Source of the DNA: Callorhinchus milii
Taxonomy: Eukaryota
Assembly: GCF_018977255.1 (NCBI RefSeq)
Contig: NW_024704743.1
Span: forward strand, 103,542,001-103,606,000
Reading direction: 5' to 3'
Length of the DNA stretch: 64,000 nucleotides
In this document: piece by piece, positions 37,131 through 49,688 of the stretch
Numbering within the stretch: position 1 is the first letter of the stretch
Layout: every line of letters begins with the position of its first letter
Program-made: the position numbers and the translations under genes
The notes under the pieces: model-generated
What the model saw: the letters and a program-made list of their open reading frames with translations, nothing else
Told to the model about the DNA's origin: nothing
Databases searched by the model: none

Positions 37131-39394
37131 GATGACAATAATAATAATCCTTGCATTTGATATAGCGCTTTATCGTGTCATTGAGATGTCTGAAAATGCT
37201 TCACAGAATATACTGTAAAGTGAATTTTTGTGGGCGAAATTAGGTACTATATCAAACGCAAGGATTATTATCTTCAATTAAAATTGCTCACTGACAGCAA
37301 TAATCCACTTCTGAATCTTTGCTTACGTGCCTTTTTTTTAAATTGTGTGGTTTCATTTGTTGCTAAAAACATTAATAAGGAAGCAGTTAAAAATTACAAT
37401 GATTGTAGGCTTTATAAATCATATTCAGTGTTAACCAACCAGTTTAAGCATGTGGTTGCACAAATACTAGTATTTTAAGTCCTAGGAGACTGAATGTAAT
37501 TTGTTCTTAGAAGCCCCGCTTAGTGTACATTCTGTGGGAAACAGACAACTGGAACAATCCACCAAGAAGAAAGGTGGAATGTTTTTAAAGATCATACACA
37601 TTTCAATGACATTTACACAATATTTGTGTTCAATAAATGCAGGGAATAAATTCATGGTCTCTTACATTACGGTCTTACACTTTCCATTATACATACTGCA
37701 AGGCACTTTGAGACATCCTCCTGATGTGAAAGTTGTTATATAAATTGCAAGGATTATGAGTACATTATTACATTATGCAGGAAATACAGAATTCATTCCA
37801 CATGAGATAATAGCTGGCTGAGGTGGATTCTCTTTTTCTCACAAAACATGAGGGAGTCTTGTAAATGTGTCTCATTCAGGTGTTTTATAGCAGCAGTCCC
37901 AGATTTACAACCTGCTTAATGAAAGTGAGTAAGTTAAAGCCACTTGTCATGCAGAGCCTATGAAAAGAAATGATAAAGAAATGATTTATATTTTCACCTG
38001 ATTTACTTTCCCTGAACTTGACAGTTATTTTTCCCTTTTATTTTAGGTGTCTGCCAGATAACAGGTGGACAATCAGTTCCCAAGGCCTTTGAAAAACACT
38101 GCACTGTAATTGGATGCTGTGTGTTAGTTAATAGCATGTAATCAAAAATGGTTTCATTATTGATGGATTATATAATGACTTTGAATGGAAAAACATCATG
38201 TGCTCAGGCCTTGAAGATTGCAAAGCCAGAGATTACTCCAAACTCTGCATTCTTTTGGACATTTTTTAAACTCATTAGTCATTGCACAAGTCTGCTTCCT
38301 GCACACAGTGGGACAGACCCTCGAGAATATGTTATCAAAGCAGAGGTAATTCTTTTCAGCTGCCCTTATAAAACCATACGAAATGGAGGTAACAGCTGAA
38401 TAGTTAAAGTTTATACAATATTACCCTATATTCCTGAAGAAATCTGCCCCTTCTCCAATAGGAAGAGAGCTGAACCATAATCCATTACTGCTCAAGACTT
38501 ACTGTGTGCAATTGATCCGCTCGTAATCGAACAGGTTGAAAATAGGTTGGAATCCAGCTCCACCACTCTATCTCTTTAACAACTTTCCAGTGGATGTTAA
38601 GAATTACACCTTCATTTTAATAGTGTGGCTGCTGTGCCAAAGTCCCTGACAGATAAAATGGCTGGGTTTTCATATACTATAACATGAAGCTTTCGTGTCC
38701 TGTGATTACAGATTGCCCAGATAGGCGGGAGCCAAAAAAAACAACTTAGTGAAAATGTTGCTCACCCTGATAAAGAGTGAACTCTTTGGGCAATAAAAAC
38801 AAAACAAGACAAGTATGGATAGCAAAAGCCTTTGGGTCTGTCAAGTCCAAATCTTTTCACGGATCAAGTGTCAAGATGTACACTTCCCTTGAACAACAAC
38901 AATAATTGCAAACATTGTAAAAATAAAATTTGTCACTCACTCCATGGCTGTTTGCATGACATTGCTGTGAGCAAATTGGCTACCGCGTGCATCCACGAAA
39001 TCGTTCCACTTTACTGTATATCCTCTGAAGTGCTTTGGGACATCCTCCTAATGCTATACCAGATGTAAGGATTATTATTGTTGTCAATAACTTTCATTTT
39101 TATAGTGTCTTCACATAGGATAATGAGATTTACAAGAGAGCATAGGAAAATGAGCTTTACAGGAGAGCTTCAGAAAGACTGGGTCAGATGCTGAGCAGGG
39201 GAGGAAGATGGGGAGATGGCCATAGGTCAGCATAGTTGGCTCTATAAATTTATCTGGGGAAAACAGCCTCATAATCAATCCTTTATTCCCAGAACTTGTC
39301 ATGTATTCCAATTCCATCCATGTTTTTACCCTTCAACCAAGACTTATGATGAGTTAGTTGGTCTTAGGCATGATGGTAGTAGGGCCTATACAAT

Positions 39395-39590
39395 TGGATT
39401 TGCAGCTCCAGTTAAGATAAAGGAAAGTCAGCCAGTGTTCCTATCCCTAACATGCGGACATTGAGTGAGGACAGGAACAGGCTGAGATGCAGTACTCCTC
39501 ATGGTAGAATCAATTGCTAACATACCCTGTCAATGCTCACATATGAATAATGGCCACTTGAGCAAAGTACCAGAGCATGGCTGGCAAATG
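39395..39590 (+). repeat. Old SINE-like repeat, family unassigned
   Basis: GAGGACAGGAACAGGCTGAG...GAATAATGGCCACTTG loosely resembles 9580-9700. Confidence 0.35.
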
Positions 39591-40347
39591 TAAAATCACT
39601 ACCTCCAGGGGGAAGAAAACATTTGTCAAACAAAATCCAGGAGAAAGGGATAGAAAATTAGGGAGGAAAGAAAAATAGGTCAAATATCTTAATAATTGAT
39701 GGTGTGGCATGAGGAATACAGTCATGTCACTTGAATCCATTTGGTAACAACGCATAATAATTGTGCATTGGTGTTTTCCAGTGGGATCAGTCTGTACTCA
39801 GTTTCAGCAGACAGCAACCCCACACAGGGACTATACTTTAGCCCTGGAATGAAGAGATTTATTCATCCAGCTATCATCTCAGAAATCTGGTATAAATCAA
39901 GCAACTTGGAGGAGATAATAAGACTAATATTAAATAAAACTGCTGCACTTAATAACTAGATTCTTTGACATTTATATTTTTGAGTTTATTCAATTTTCCA
40001 CGAGTGAAATAAAACGTAATTTCATTTTAAGTCACGTGCTCAGTGTGTCCTTTTCAATGACATAAAAATATTTTTTAAGGCTTATTTTCACAATAATATT
40101 CCTTGCATTTGATATAGCATCTCACATCACTGCCTCAACACGTCTCAAAGTGCTTCACAGGATGTACTGGAAAATGGTGTGACTCTGTTTTTTGTTGGTG
40201 AACGCGACAGCCAATTTGACACATCACAAACAGCCATGGAGTGAAATTACAATTAGCTTGAATGGATTCATACAGCTATAATTTGAAGGTAAAGATATCC
40301 TATTGTTAGAATTTACACTTATTGCATAATGTTAGAATCACAATAGA

Positions 40348-41303
40348 TGTTGCGAACGGGTTAACTTTTAAGTTAAGTGTGGGGGACAACTGGACTGACA
40401 GTCATGGGATAGGACACATCTGGTTTTCTCTGTTTTTGAAAGAATAACGGACAGGGGCAGGGGGTCACCTCTTATCAGTAAATGACAACAAGCCACAGAG
40501 GTAACGGTCCAAGGTACCAGTCAACACAGGATCTCGACTGAGCAGTAAGTCGCTAGATTCTGACAGGGCCTGCCAAGCGACAGAAGGCAACCCTCAAGAA
40601 TAGCAACTAATGAGCAAGTTGCTTAAACTAGAGGACCCTGGTACCATCCCGGGATACTGATAAGAAATAACCAGTCACTTAAAAGGAATGTACTAATGAT
40701 CACACACCACAAAATAATGAGCATCAGATACAGCCCTAAACTGATCAATCCTCTATCTTAGACAATTAAGGACAATGTGTATGTGTGTGAGGCACGTACA
40801 CCCCATGAGGCACTCACGTACACCCAGCATGATTTCGACCGGGTGATCTAATGTCCGCACCATGATTGGACGAACGTCGGTATAAGAATTCCGATAACTT
40901 TGTGTACGGGGCCGTCCCGGGTCGCGGAGACAAGGATACGGGAGATGGGGCCATCCCGGGCTGCGGAGACAAGGGTACAGGAGATGGGGCCATCCTGGGC
41001 TGCGGAGACAAGGGTACGGAGATGGAAGGCTGAGAGCTGGAAACACTAAGACTGAGGATATCAGATGGAAGATTGAAAGCTGTAAGCAAGAAGACTGAAA
41101 GCATGAAGAATCAAGCTTGTGTGCTGTAAAGACACAGTGTTGAACTCTTGAACTCAAGATATCTATAGTGGTGTTATTCTGTTATAAGATCTATTGATTG
41201 TACCGGCCTTTGGTCTGACCCATCGGGATATTGGGGAATAACGAACGAATAATAATAAAACAGTCTGATATCTGGTTAGAGGAATTAGCGTTATTTCCTT
41301 ACA
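40348..41303 (+). mobile_element. Probable solo LTR (~956 bp)
   Basis: TGT...ACA termini, ATTGG (40865) and TATAAG (40881), AATAAA (41254) ~45 bp from the end, more CpG than flanks, no internal coding sequence; no clean 4-6 bp TSD. Confidence 0.65.
40908..41023 (+). repeat. Tandem repeat, 39-bp unit x3
   Basis: GGGGCCATCCCGGGCTGCGGAGACAAGGGTACAGGAGAT units starting at 40908, 40947 and 40986. Confidence 0.95.
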
Positions 41304-41599
41304 GATTTGGCTGATTTTATTTTCTAACGCAATGCTTAAAATTTGACCTTCTCCACAACTCTTAAAGTCAAACTTTGATCATCTTCAGACTTACTGAACC
41401 TTACACTTCCCCCGTCTTTGTAGATATAATTCATGTCACCACCAGGTATCATCACTGCAGATATTGAACTTCTGTTTTCCTTAGAAAATCCAATATGAAT
41501 GTTTAAATTGCATCAGGACCTGATAATCTTTACTGAAAACCTAATCAACAATCGCAACAACTGCATTCCCTTCACATCAGATTATTTTTATGAAGTGCA

Positions 41600-41930
41600 T
41601 ATTAATAAGATGTTTCCACTTGTTAGCAAGTCCAAGACAAAGGGTCATAAATATAAGAGAGTAATAGCGATTAAAAATGGAGTTTATGAGGATCACCCTT
41701 ACACAGAGGGTGAAAATGTAGAACTTGTTCTTGGAAGCTTTGGTTCAAACAAAAAATATTGATGTATTTAACAGAAAACTTGATGAATAAATGAAAGAGA
41801 AAGGAATAGAGGAGTATAGGAGAAGTGATTAGGAGATGTCGAGATTTATTTAGAGTGTAAACACTGTCACAATCTAGTTGGGCCAAATACCCTGTTTGCA
41901 TGCTATAAAGTTCTATGTAATTCTATGAGT
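41600..41930 (+). mobile_element. Degraded CR1 3' end
   Basis: KMFPLVSKSKTKGHKYK peptide; tail TTCTATGTAATTCTATG. Confidence 0.8.
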
Positions 41931-44884
41931 TTGTCCCCTGAGGCAACTCATATTGTAAAACAGCAGTTTTCCTAGAGTCAGAATTTCGATAAACTTTACT
42001 CAGACTCATATCTCTGGTTGCCTCGGGATGTAGGAGATTCATTCCTGCAATTAAAAGTCACAGTGGTAGAGTGACCACACATGCTGATGTCCCATTTAAA
42101 TATTGCAAAGCCTTAAATTTTTGCACAGGGACAAAACATTGTTAAAAGATTATTTTTCACAATCTCCGTCACCTATAATAACAGCAGCGTAACCACAAAA
42201 AGCATCTGAGATTAAAGTCTCCTACTATTCAAGCATTTTTTCCTGCCACTATTACTGTGATGTATTTCCAGAGATGGCAAAAATGAATTTCTAACAACGC
42301 TTCACATGAAAGTCTGATGTCAGCGCCATAGTTACAGCCTGACATCAAGATGCTCACGATGACATCTGCTAAAAGTGCCAGCAAGGGAGAATGTTAAAAC
42401 GGTAAATGCTGGAATATGGTAATATCTCCTGTATAACACCACACTTCATGTGCCCTGATCCTCAATGCAAAACAGCAACAACAATTTACATTTATCAAGC
42501 AATTTTACTGTCAAGAGGTCATTGCAAAGTGTTTCAGGCTAAATCTGCCTGCAACTAAGTTGCTGGTCTGATTTCTGAAGCGAGCCTCCATGCAATTCTG
42601 TTGTCATGTGATGGGATTTGAAAAATGCAGCCATTGGCTTGGGTCCCAATGCAAAGCTTTATTGGCAAATTGCACACATGGATCATGGCTTTTGCTCATA
42701 AGTCAAAACCTCTTGGGAAGTGCAAGAATATATTTAGGATCCAGTTTCAAATTCAATTGTGTCTTCCTTTTCTCTCTCTCCTCAGAGTGTACATGTGAGA
42801 TACTGTCCAGAGTTTTGCAGCTTCTATCTGGTCAGCATTTAAGTCTGGTAGGCATGGCTGTAGGTCCAGAAGATGGATGACTATAATCCTGGGATTATAT
42901 AATGTGTATAAATAGGAATGTGTTGAGGTTTTCAATACATTGTGTGAATGTTGGGTTCCTGAAGGTTATTAGAAACAGCTTTGTAAGATAGAAATTGCAT
43001 CTCTAAGAAATGTCCTTTTTTGTCTCTTCCCATCTAAGCCTATAACAGAAAGAACATCCAAAGTAGAACTGTAATAGTGTCCAGCAGGCAAAATAATTTT
43101 GTTGTTCAAACAGACGAATCCACCAATGCCATTGATTCATGACCTTTGCGACCATGGGATATTAACTACTGTAACTTGATGCTTAGTGGCCAATAGACTA
43201 TTTACCAGAATTGTGCCCTCCCTAAACCCTAAAAAAAATTAAATACCTGCCTGCCAAATCGGCTGTGAATTTCAACCTGCAGTTTCTTTGAAATGCTCAT
43301 TTTTCTTCGCCTGCTGACACTTAAACATTTTACAAGCTATAAAGACGCTGGTAGCCCTTCTTGGACATCATCAAATAATGTCACAAAGAAACATGATTCC
43401 TCACCTATGCTCACTTGCCTCATTTTAGAGTAATTTGAAACTACGGCCATAAAGACAACCTCATTTTTCTTCACAAAACAGGCACATAAGCTTCCACTTC
43501 CGAGATCCAGATTTTTTTCATGCAGTTAATTTTACAGCATTGGGAACTAATTATTTTAAACATACCTTACACTCGTTTCTCAAATGATGGATTTCGCATT
43601 ATTCCCATCTGTCTTCTTTACATGGCTACATTTTTATTCCCAGTTAGCTTTTATATACTGATACTCACACCCACGGAATAGAATGTACTAAAAACATATT
43701 CTTAATATTAGGATTGAATGTAAAAGGATAATCACTTCTCATAATTACAGGATTGACCAGGCAATTTAATTACAATTATAAATTCTCTTCTTCCCTGCAT
43801 ATTGTATCTCCGCTTGTATAATATTGTATTTCTGGTGACTTAAAACCTGCAGGAGAAGCACAATAAATTTGATTTAATTTGGCTTGCAAATTTACACTAC
43901 TTTATTTTCCTTGATAGTGCCCTCATTGCCTAATTTTTATAGTTGAGAAGATTATTTTATGGAAATGGAAATTTTGTACAAGCTCAGCATTTCCCAGTGG
44001 ACACATATACTCTGATCTTTAAGGTTACAAATTGAAAAAGCTGCATTTACTCTCATCGATAGCCTGAAATACTTCTGGTATTTCACTGGATTTATATCCC
44101 TTTATTGGGCAGTATTCATTCTAACTAGAATATATTTTAAGACTAACTTGCTAATTAATTGTGTAATGTTTTAGCTAATTTAATGTTAAGCCTCCTCATT
44201 TCTTTTCATTTCTTTTTGCACCGTGCATTCATACTATATAATGGCTGCACTGCAGCATTTAGATATCAATATTAAAGACTTTTAAGTATTTAATGATTTG
44301 AAAGGATTTTGAATGAAAACCTATTTAGACATTGTTTTTATGAAAATTTATATAATTTTGTTACATCCATATAATATATTTTCCAGTCATTTATTACAGT
44401 ATTTGCTTGTTTCAAAATCTACCAAATTTAGTGACTCTAATCTCCATAATAATAATCCACTTTTAGTCAAATTATTATTCATTATTGTAAATAAAAGTAG
44501 GACATCACTCAACGATAGAAAAATATTACTAGGTGTCACTCTACCTCAGTTAGCAGCACTCTTGCTTCTCAGTCAACAAGTTGTGGGTTCAAGCCCCAGA
44601 TCAGGACATTGAGCTCATTGTCTGGGTTGACACTAAAAAGTCAACTCACTTGACCGATGTGTGATATGTGAAGATAATGCTAATAATTACCTAATCTGGG
44701 GATTAAGTAGGCATTGTATTTGCTCAGCATGAAACATATACACTGAAGATAACCTTGCAGCTTTACTGAAATAAACAAACAAATAAATAAAGGTTTAGTT
44801 AAAAAATATATTTTTTTAAATGATCAGGTGACTTATATTCTTCCTTCTTATCAGCGTTAATTGACGTAACCAATTTATACTTGT

Positions 44885-45705
44885 TTAGTGAGTCAACGTT
44901 TCGGGTCCAAGACCATAGGACATGGGGCATTTTGGAAGGGAGAGGCTTTTAAGGGCTATCAGAGATGGGGAGGCAGGGCAAGGAAGACAAGTGAGAAAAT
45001 GGGGTAGAGGACAACAACAAAATTACATTTATAGAGCGCCTTTCACATCGAGAGGATATCCCAAGGCGCTGGAGAGTCAGGGGTCAGGATCCGAGCACGG
45101 GGGAGGCATGGGGTAGGGGTGAGGGAAAGCAGGGAGGTGGGAGGGCGACTGAAAGCACGATAGAAGAGGAGGGTCTTGAGTCAGGCCTTGAAGGAGTCAA
45201 GGGAGGAAGCGAGGCGAAGGGACTGTGGGATGGAGTTCCAGAGTGTGGGGGCAGAGAGGCTGAAAGCCCGGCCACCGATGGTAGAGCAGGTCGGGTGGGA
45301 GAAATGGAGCAGGCCAGACAGGAAATGATCGGTTAAAGAGGTGTTAATGGTACAAAACAAAGGGGGAGGGATTGCAACAAAATAGGGGAATAGTGGTGTT
45401 AATACTGCAGAACAAAGTGGGGGAGAGGAGAGGGAATTGCAATCAAAATAGGGAACAGACCAGAGAGAGAAAAGGTGTGTCTGGGACCCAGATTATGTGG
45501 TAATGGTCACAGAAGAGGGGGAGGGAGAAGATGAGTTGTTATGGTCTGAAACTGTTGAAATCAATATTGAGGCCAGAGGACTGTACGGTCCCTAACAGAT
45601 AAATGAAGTCCTGTTCCTCGAGCTTGCGCTGTGGCTCACTAGTGTAGGACACCATGGATGGAGAGATCAGAGTGCGAGTGGGAGGGAGAGTTGAAGTGGC
45701 AGGGC
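44885..45705 (-). mobile_element. Penelope-like element 3' fragment (GIY-YIG endonuclease C-terminus plus 3' region), interrupted by L2
   Basis: Minus strand 45703-45539 reads CHFNSPSHSHSDLSIHGVLH / SEPQRKLEEQDFIYLLGTVQSSGLNIDFNSFRP*; GACCCGAAACGTTGAC near 44892-44907. Confidence 0.8.
45011..45320 (-). mobile_element. L2 LINE 3' fragment nested in Penelope
   Basis: (CAA)n tail, AGCGCCTTTCACATCG; closely similar to 5900-6173. Confidence 0.9.
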
Positions 45706-45946
45706 ATTCTGTATCCTAACTACACTGTGTGTGAAACAAATGTGCTTGTTTGTTCATTTATTATCTTAATTTGATGCCCTTGTTCCACACAATTTACTGG
45801 CTACTTTGATACTAGCATAACAAGGTAGGGAATACAAAAAGCCACTTCAAGAGATATGTAGCATTAGGTTTTCTGCACATAAATTACCTTTAACATCAGC
45901 AAACAAAAAACTGTCCAACACTTTGGTGAACACAATTAATTAAGTA

Positions 45947-46260
45947 GAGTCCTGTAGCTCAGTGGTTAGAGTACTCGCTTTGCAAGTGAGAGACCTGAGT
46001 TCAATTCCAGGCAGGGCGAAACCTTGGGCAAGTTTCCTTACTCCACACGCCTAATAATAATCCCTCCAAATAAACAAAACAATAATAAATTGGTCAATTT
46101 CAATCCACAAAATGTTTGTGGGTCATTGCTGTGCGCAATTGGCTGCCGCGTTCGCCCACAAATATACAGTCAATTCACTTTACAGTATATTCTGTGAAGC
46201 GCTTTGGGACGTCTAAAAGACTTGAAAAGCGCTATATCAAATGCAAGGATTATTATTATT
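45947..46260 (+). mobile_element. Full-length young tRNA-headed SINE (short variant)
   Basis: Collinear with 22102-22423. Confidence 0.95.
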
Positions 46261-46714
46261 AATGTGCAATGTGTCTGTGTGTAGTACTTCTGGATCACCA
46301 CTAGACGTCTTCCTCATGTTTGTATTCCTAAACCTCACTATCAACATCTAGTGGTAGAATATAGTTACTACAGCTGTTGCCCAACAAGAAATCAGTTTAC
46401 CTCCAAATACACACACAAACATTCACTTTTTAGCCACTGAATATAAATTGATTTTCTGGGGGAGGAGATGAACTACAATATGTATTATATATGATAAATA
46501 TAGATAAAAATATACAGTTAATTCACTTTACAGTATATTCTGGGAAGCGCTTTGAGACGTCGTGAAGACGTGATAAGACCAAATGCAAGGATTATTATAG
46601 TATATAAATACAATAATATAATGTATTTTTATATATAAATATATGTGTGGTGTACAGAAGAAATGGGCTTGATGGACAGCGTGCCTTTTCTATTCCTTAC
46701 ATCTGCCTATAGAT

Positions 46715-47570
46715 TTGCTTGAGATATTAAACTGAGGTCCCATCTGCCTATTCAGGTCCATGTTAAAGATCACATGGTACAATTTGAAAGAAAAGGGGGT
46801 TTCTCTCAGTGCCCTGACTAACAATTCCACATTTAGAAAAAATGGCTTTCACTTCATGACTGTTTGTGGGACATTGCTGTGTGTAAATTATTTGTTGTGT
46901 TCACCTACAAAATACACAACAACAATAAATTATATTTGCATACTGACTTTCACATCAGGAGGACGTCCCAAGGCGCTGGACAGTCAGGGATTTGGACCCG
47001 AGCAGGGGTTTGGGATCAGGAGGAGCGGAGGGCCGGGAGGGTAGGGGTAGGAGAGTGGCGAAAAGATTGGTCGAAGAAGAGGGTCTTGAGACATGCCTTG
47101 ATAGGAGGCAAGGGAGGAGCAAGGCAAAGGAACTCTGGGATGGAGTTCCAAAGGGTGGGGACAAAAAGGTTGAAGGCCCGACCGCCAATGGTGGGGCGGG
47201 CTGGGCGGGGGATGTGGAATGGGTCACAAAGGTAGGGAGCAAGGCTGTGGAGGGCTTTGAAGGCGAGGATGAGGATTTTGAACTCTATCCTCTGGGAGAT
47301 GGGAAGCCAGTGGAGCTGGGTGAGTTCAGGATGATCTGCAGCTTGTGTAAGGAAAAGTTGGGAAGGCCAACAAGCAGGGATTTGGAGTAGTCGAGCCTGG
47401 ATACAATAAATGCATGGATGAGGGTTTCAGCAGCCTGAGTGGCAAGGAAGTGGTGGAGCTGGACAATGTTATGGAGGTGGGGGAAGTTACTTCACTGCAA
47501 ATCCTGTAAAGCATTTTGAGATGTTTCAATGACATGATAAGGCGCTATATCAATGCAAGACTAATTGTTA
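46715..47570 (+). mobile_element. Older Deu-domain SINE interrupted by L2
   Basis: Deu core 46720-46915; tail resumes near 47488. Confidence 0.75.
46916..47487 (-). mobile_element. L2 LINE 3' fragment
   Basis: (CAA)n tail, GGACGTCCCAAGGCGCTG, GTAGTCGAGCCTGG (SRLDY on the minus strand). Confidence 0.9.
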
Positions 47571-47654
47571 TCGTAAAACAGAGTTGCTGCATGTAAGAAT
47601 AATTGGTGTGAAGTGCATTGAGACATTTCAACATGAAAAGGAATTATATCCTGT

Positions 47655-47999
47655 AGTCCTGTAGCTCAGTGGTTAGAGCACTCGCTTTGCAAGTGAGAGA
47701 CCTGAGTTCAATTCCAGGCAGGTCAGGGCGAAACCTTGGGCAAGTTTCCTTACTCCACACGCCTAATAATAATCCCTCCAAAAAACAAAACAATAATAAA
47801 TTGGTCATTTTCAATCCACGACTGTTTGTGGGACATTGCTGTGCGCAATTGGCTGCCGCGTTCACCCACAAATATACAGTCAATTCACTTTACAGTATAT
47901 TCTGTGAAGCGCTTTGGGACATCTAGAAGAAGTGAAATGCGCTATATCAAATGCAAGGATTATTATTATTATTATTATATCAAATGCAAGGATAATTAT
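47655..47999 (+). mobile_element. Full-length young tRNA-headed SINE with duplicated tail
   Basis: Collinear with 22102; TATATCAAATGCAAGGAT occurs twice at the 3' end. Confidence 0.95.
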
Positions 48000-48774
48000 C
48001 ATTTACCTGACAAAAAAAATGTTGTTTATGACAGGAATTTGCTTCCTGTCTATATTCTTTGCTGGTAGGGATGTGGCAAAGAGTCCCATTCTGTGAGCTT
48101 TCATCCTCTCATTTTCCTTGAAACCACAGAGAAAGTAATACTTGCTTTTCAGATAAGAGGAATTGTTGCCATTTTCAAGGAATTATTTATGTGTGTCCAG
48201 CTTAACTGAGTCCTGGATTTTGTCGCAGAGTCAGAATGTGGAAATATCTTTGTGTTAGGCAATGCATTACTGTTCCAGCTTGAATTTGATCAGCAAGCTG
48301 GGACAAGAGACTGTGTGAAGGGATGAGAAAAAGAACAGCAGGGGCAAAGAGAGTGACAGAGACAGTAGGTAAATTTAAATGATCAAAAAATCAAAATTTA
48401 AATCAAAATTACTTATCTGACTACAAAATTCTGGCTCAGTTTAAGAGTAATTTGCCTTTCTGATACACTACTCACTTCGTACAAATATTCAAACAGTCAC
48501 AAAATGCACAGTCACTACACTTTACAGTAAATTCTGTGAAGTGCTTTGAGACATCCTCCCAATGTGAAAGGTAACAAGAGCAAATGCAAGCATTATTATT
48601 ATTGGTGCTGTTCATTTTTGGGTGCATTGGCAGTAAAATGTTCAGGGATCATTACCAAGGCAATACAAGGTAAAAAGAAACATGCTGATAATTATCTGAC
48701 AACAATGAGTACTTGTTCAAAGGGAATGTTAAGGCGGACTGAGGATTAATCACCATGAACTGTTCAGCTTGATC

Positions 48775-49047
48775 AGGTGGACGTTAAAGATCTCATAGCA
48801 CTGTCTAAAAATAGAAGGCATTTTCTCATGATAATCATTTCTCCCAGATACAATCGATCATTCACTTCATGCCTGCTCGTGGGACATTGCTGTGCAAAAA
48901 GTGGCTGTTACATTTGTCTACAAATACACAACAACAACAACTTGGATTTATATAGCACCCTCCACACCGGACGGCGTCTACATTCCATATCAGTGCATCA
49001 CGTGAATCGCTTTGAGGAGTTTCCATGACATGATAAGATCCTATAAT
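48775..49047 (+). mobile_element. Older Deu-domain SINE with a minus-strand L2 subfamily-B tail (~48928-48978) inserted
   Basis: CAGGTGGACGTTAAAGATC core; insert (CAA)n-CTTGGATTTATATAGCACCCTCCACACCGGACGGCGTC. Confidence 0.8.
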
Positions 49048-49571
49048 AAATTAAAGGATTTATTATCTGGTAGCAAATTCAACCTGCTGTTGATTTTTCT
49101 TCAGCTTTACTTATGTCAGACCATATTGTGCCATGTAGCATCTGCAGGTAAAATTTAAGTGGAAAATAGGAGCATGTGCATATCAAAGGAATTTTACTTG
49201 ATAACTGACTAAATTCAGTTACTGAATGAACTGCTAGGATTGTGATATGAGGCTTGTTTATGATACAGTCACTGGTTTTGTACCAATCTCATAATTAATG
49301 CAAGTTTTGGCTCTGAGCTTCCAGCTGCCCACCCAACACAAAAACCCAGATGCTATGTTGAATCAGTTGAGTTCCCAGAGTGGTGATCATGAAAAACATA
49401 TGAGCTACTTTTGAATAATTGCTGATATACAGAAGAATCCCATTCCAACACATTCTTTTGGGCCATAAGCCCAAACATTAAACAGTATTATAACAGGGCA
49501 CAAAGCTAAATGATTGCTGTGACATCATTTCCTGTGCGGTGCAGCTAGAGTTGGCATCACAGCTACTTTAA

Positions 49572-49688
49572 GCTGACTTCCAGGTTATCAGGTCCCTGAC
49601 AATGTAACTTCCTGCACTCTGTGCACTATTGCACATCGCACTACACAGGAAGTGACATTGGCAGCAATCTGATGACCCAGAAGTCAGC
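49572..49688. repeat. Imperfect 117-bp palindrome (MITE-like)
   Basis: GCTGACTTCCAGGTTATCAGG...AATGTAACTTCCTG pairs with CAGGAAGTGACATT...CTGATGACCCAGAAGTCAGC; central TGTGCA-CTAT-TGCACA. Confidence 0.8.

Noticed and set aside
40908..41023. CRISPR-like array or repeat-protein ORF (40753-41157)
   Set aside because: Units are contiguous with no unique spacers, the context is eukaryotic, and the ORF periodicity just reflects the 39-bp unit.
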